Source: an uncultured archaeon (GTDB taxonomy: Archaea > Iainarchaeota > Iainarchaeia > Iainarchaeales > 0-14-0-20-30-16). Taken from it: DNA of 5,891 bases. Positions within the stretch are counted from its first letter, which is position 1. Each line of letters starts with the position of its first letter. Below, one piece after another: positions 4,912 to 5,891 of this stretch. The position numbers and the translations under genes are program-made. The notes beneath the pieces are model-generated. The model worked only from the letters and a program-made list of their open reading frames with translations. It made no database searches and was not told the origin of the DNA. The stretch spans positions 1 through 5,891 of the forward strand of contig CAZMGA010000028.1 in NCBI GenBank assembly GCA_964565725.1, in the 5' to 3' direction.

Positions 4912-5891
4912 TTCCTTTTATTTTATCCATTTTACTTTTTCTGGAACCTATTACTGCCTCAATACCTTTGCTTTTTGAAATTTCAACTAATCTTTTTGTT
5001 ATAACTCCGTCAAACAATAAATATTTGGCGTTTTTTATAGATTTAATTTGTTTTAATAAATCTTTTACAGGCATTTCTTTTATTAATTTACCAGCATCAT
5101 CTAAAAATCGTCCATTAAAAGTATTTTTTAAATCTTCCATGTTTTTCTTAACATCTATTTTTAGATTTGAAAATGCATTTTCTTCTTTTATTGGTTCTTT
5201 TTGCATAACTTCTTTTCTTTCAAATTTCTTTTCAAAAGGTTTTTCTACATTTTCAATGGTATCTTTTGTAATTTCTTCTAAATTATGTTGTTTTCTTTCA
5301 AATTTCTTTTCAAAAGGTTTCTCAAAAGGTTTTCTTCTAAAATCATTATTGTGTTCAAAATTATTTTGTCTTTCAAATTTCTTTAGATATTCTGTATTGT
5401 GTTCTTTTTTAGGATATTCATTTGATTTTTCAAATTTCTTTTCAAAAGGTTTCTCAAAAGATTTTGAATTATTTTTAGAATCTAAATCTAAATTTGTTTT
5501 TTCATGAACTTCTATATCTAATTCACTAAATAAATCTTCTTTAGTATTCCAATATTCATCGTTTAAATCTAAATCTTCTTGATTTGGTTTAGTTTGATTT
5601 ACAGGTATTTTTTTATTTAAAGCAGCTAAAATTTGTTTTTTAGTTAATTCTTCAACTTCTAAACCTAAAGGTGCTTTTGCAATAAAATCTATATCTGCAA
5701 TTTGTAATAATTTTTTCAAATCTAAAGATCCACCCCTGTCTCCATCTACAAAAGCAGTTACTGTTTTTGTTTTACATAAATCTATTACTGTTTGAGGTAT
5801 CTTTGAACCACCCATAGCTACAACATTTTTAATATTATATTTTAATAAATTTAAAACGTCTGCTCTACCTTCTACTAAAATTATTTCATCA
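4886..5891 (-). CDS. dnaG: Archaeal DnaG-type primase / exosome-associated TOPRIM protein; C-terminal 335 codons, with the N-terminus beyond the right edge
   Basis: The frame stays open upstream of the ORF-track Met (5815) to the window end: ...DEIILVEGRADVLNLLKYNIKNVVAMGGSKIPQTVIDLCKTKTVTAFVDGDRGGSLDLKKLL... VEGRADV and FVDGDRGG are the acidic TOPRIM motifs as found in archaeal DnaG; bacterial DnaG differs in this context. The C-terminal LLFDGVITKRLVEISKSKGIEAVIGSR region matches my recollection of the archaeal DnaG C-terminal domain. TAA stop at 4886..4888. Confidence 0.85.
   Translation of the reverse strand, partial: DEIILVEGRADVLNLLKYNIKNVVAMGGSKIPQTVIDLCKTKTVTAFVDGDRGGSLDLKKLLQIADIDFIAKAPLGLEVEELTKKQILAALNKKIPVNQTKPNQEDLDLNDEYWNTKEDLFSELDIEVHEKTNLDLDSKNNSKSFEKPFEKKFEKSNEYPKKEHNTEYLKKFERQNNFEHNNDFRRKPFEKPFEKKFERKQHNLEEITKDTIENVEKPFEKKFERKEVMQKEPIKEENAFSNLKIDVKKNMEDLKNTFNGRFLDDAGKLIKEMPVKDLLKQIKSIKNAKYLLFDGVITKRLVEISKSKGIEAVIGSRKSKMDKIKGIDVFEFDA
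5213..5464 (-). repeat. In-frame dispersed repeats encoding (E)KPFEKKFE(K/R) within dnaG
   Basis: The + strand core CTTTCAAATTTCTTTTCAAAAGGTTT occurs at 5217..5242 and 5295..5320. A 25/26 copy lies at 5427..5452 and a 15-nt partial copy at 5370..5384. An extra CAAAAGGTTT lies at 5323..5332. The protein reads FEKPFEKKFEKS, YLKKFERQ, RKPFEKPFEKKFERK and VEKPFEKKFERK. Confidence 0.8.

Noticed and set aside
5213-5464. Repeated 25-26-nt units as a possible CRISPR array
   Set aside because: The spacing is irregular, at about 52, 49 and 31 nt between the end of one unit and the start of the next. The repeats are in-frame coding sequence of dnaG, and no cas genes or leader are present.
4968-5507. 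179-aa plus-strand ORF with repeated SNFFSKGFSKGF motifs
   Set aside because: It is the antisense image of the dnaG K/E/F repeat region. Its repeats simply mirror the KPFEKKFE codons, and the dnaG frame carries the conserved TOPRIM and C-terminal motifs.
5813-5815. ATG 5815 as the dnaG start codon (309-aa product)
   Set aside because: The frame is open upstream to the window edge and encodes the first TOPRIM motif (LVEGRADV), so this Met is internal.

Overview
The window is very AT-rich (judged by eye, not computed) and gene-dense. It most likely comes from a small-genome archaeon, possibly DPANN-like. Three things point to an archaeon: an archaeal-type DnaG with TOPRIM motifs VEGRADV and FVDGDRGG, a tRNA-Arg(GCG) with no encoded CCA, and a mix of Shine-Dalgarno-led and apparently leaderless genes with TATA-like boxes about 25 nt upstream. 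Three housekeeping anchors are clear: asparaginyl-tRNA synthetase (502..1788, +), tRNA-Arg (4651..4723, -) and the C-terminal two thirds of DnaG (4886..5891, -, continuing off the window). A signal-peptide protein runs off the left edge (1..396, -). Between asnS and the tRNA lies a block of ORFs I cannot assign to any family: a TPR-like protein, a 47-aa CxxC...CxxH mini-protein missing from the ORF track, a 128-aa orphan, a multi-helix membrane-protein frame split by one in-frame TAA, a possible 53-aa GTG-start ORF, and a Cys-rich lipoprotein. I see no CRISPR array, transposase, integrase or rRNA, and I cannot name a novel multi-gene system. The items most worth follow-up are the interrupted membrane ORF, a lineage-specific KPFEKKFE-repeat insertion in DnaG, a GC-enriched structured island between dnaG and the tRNA with weak C/D-box-like symmetry, and the hairpin enclosing the dnaG stop codon. 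All family calls rest on motifs recalled from memory, with no database search run.
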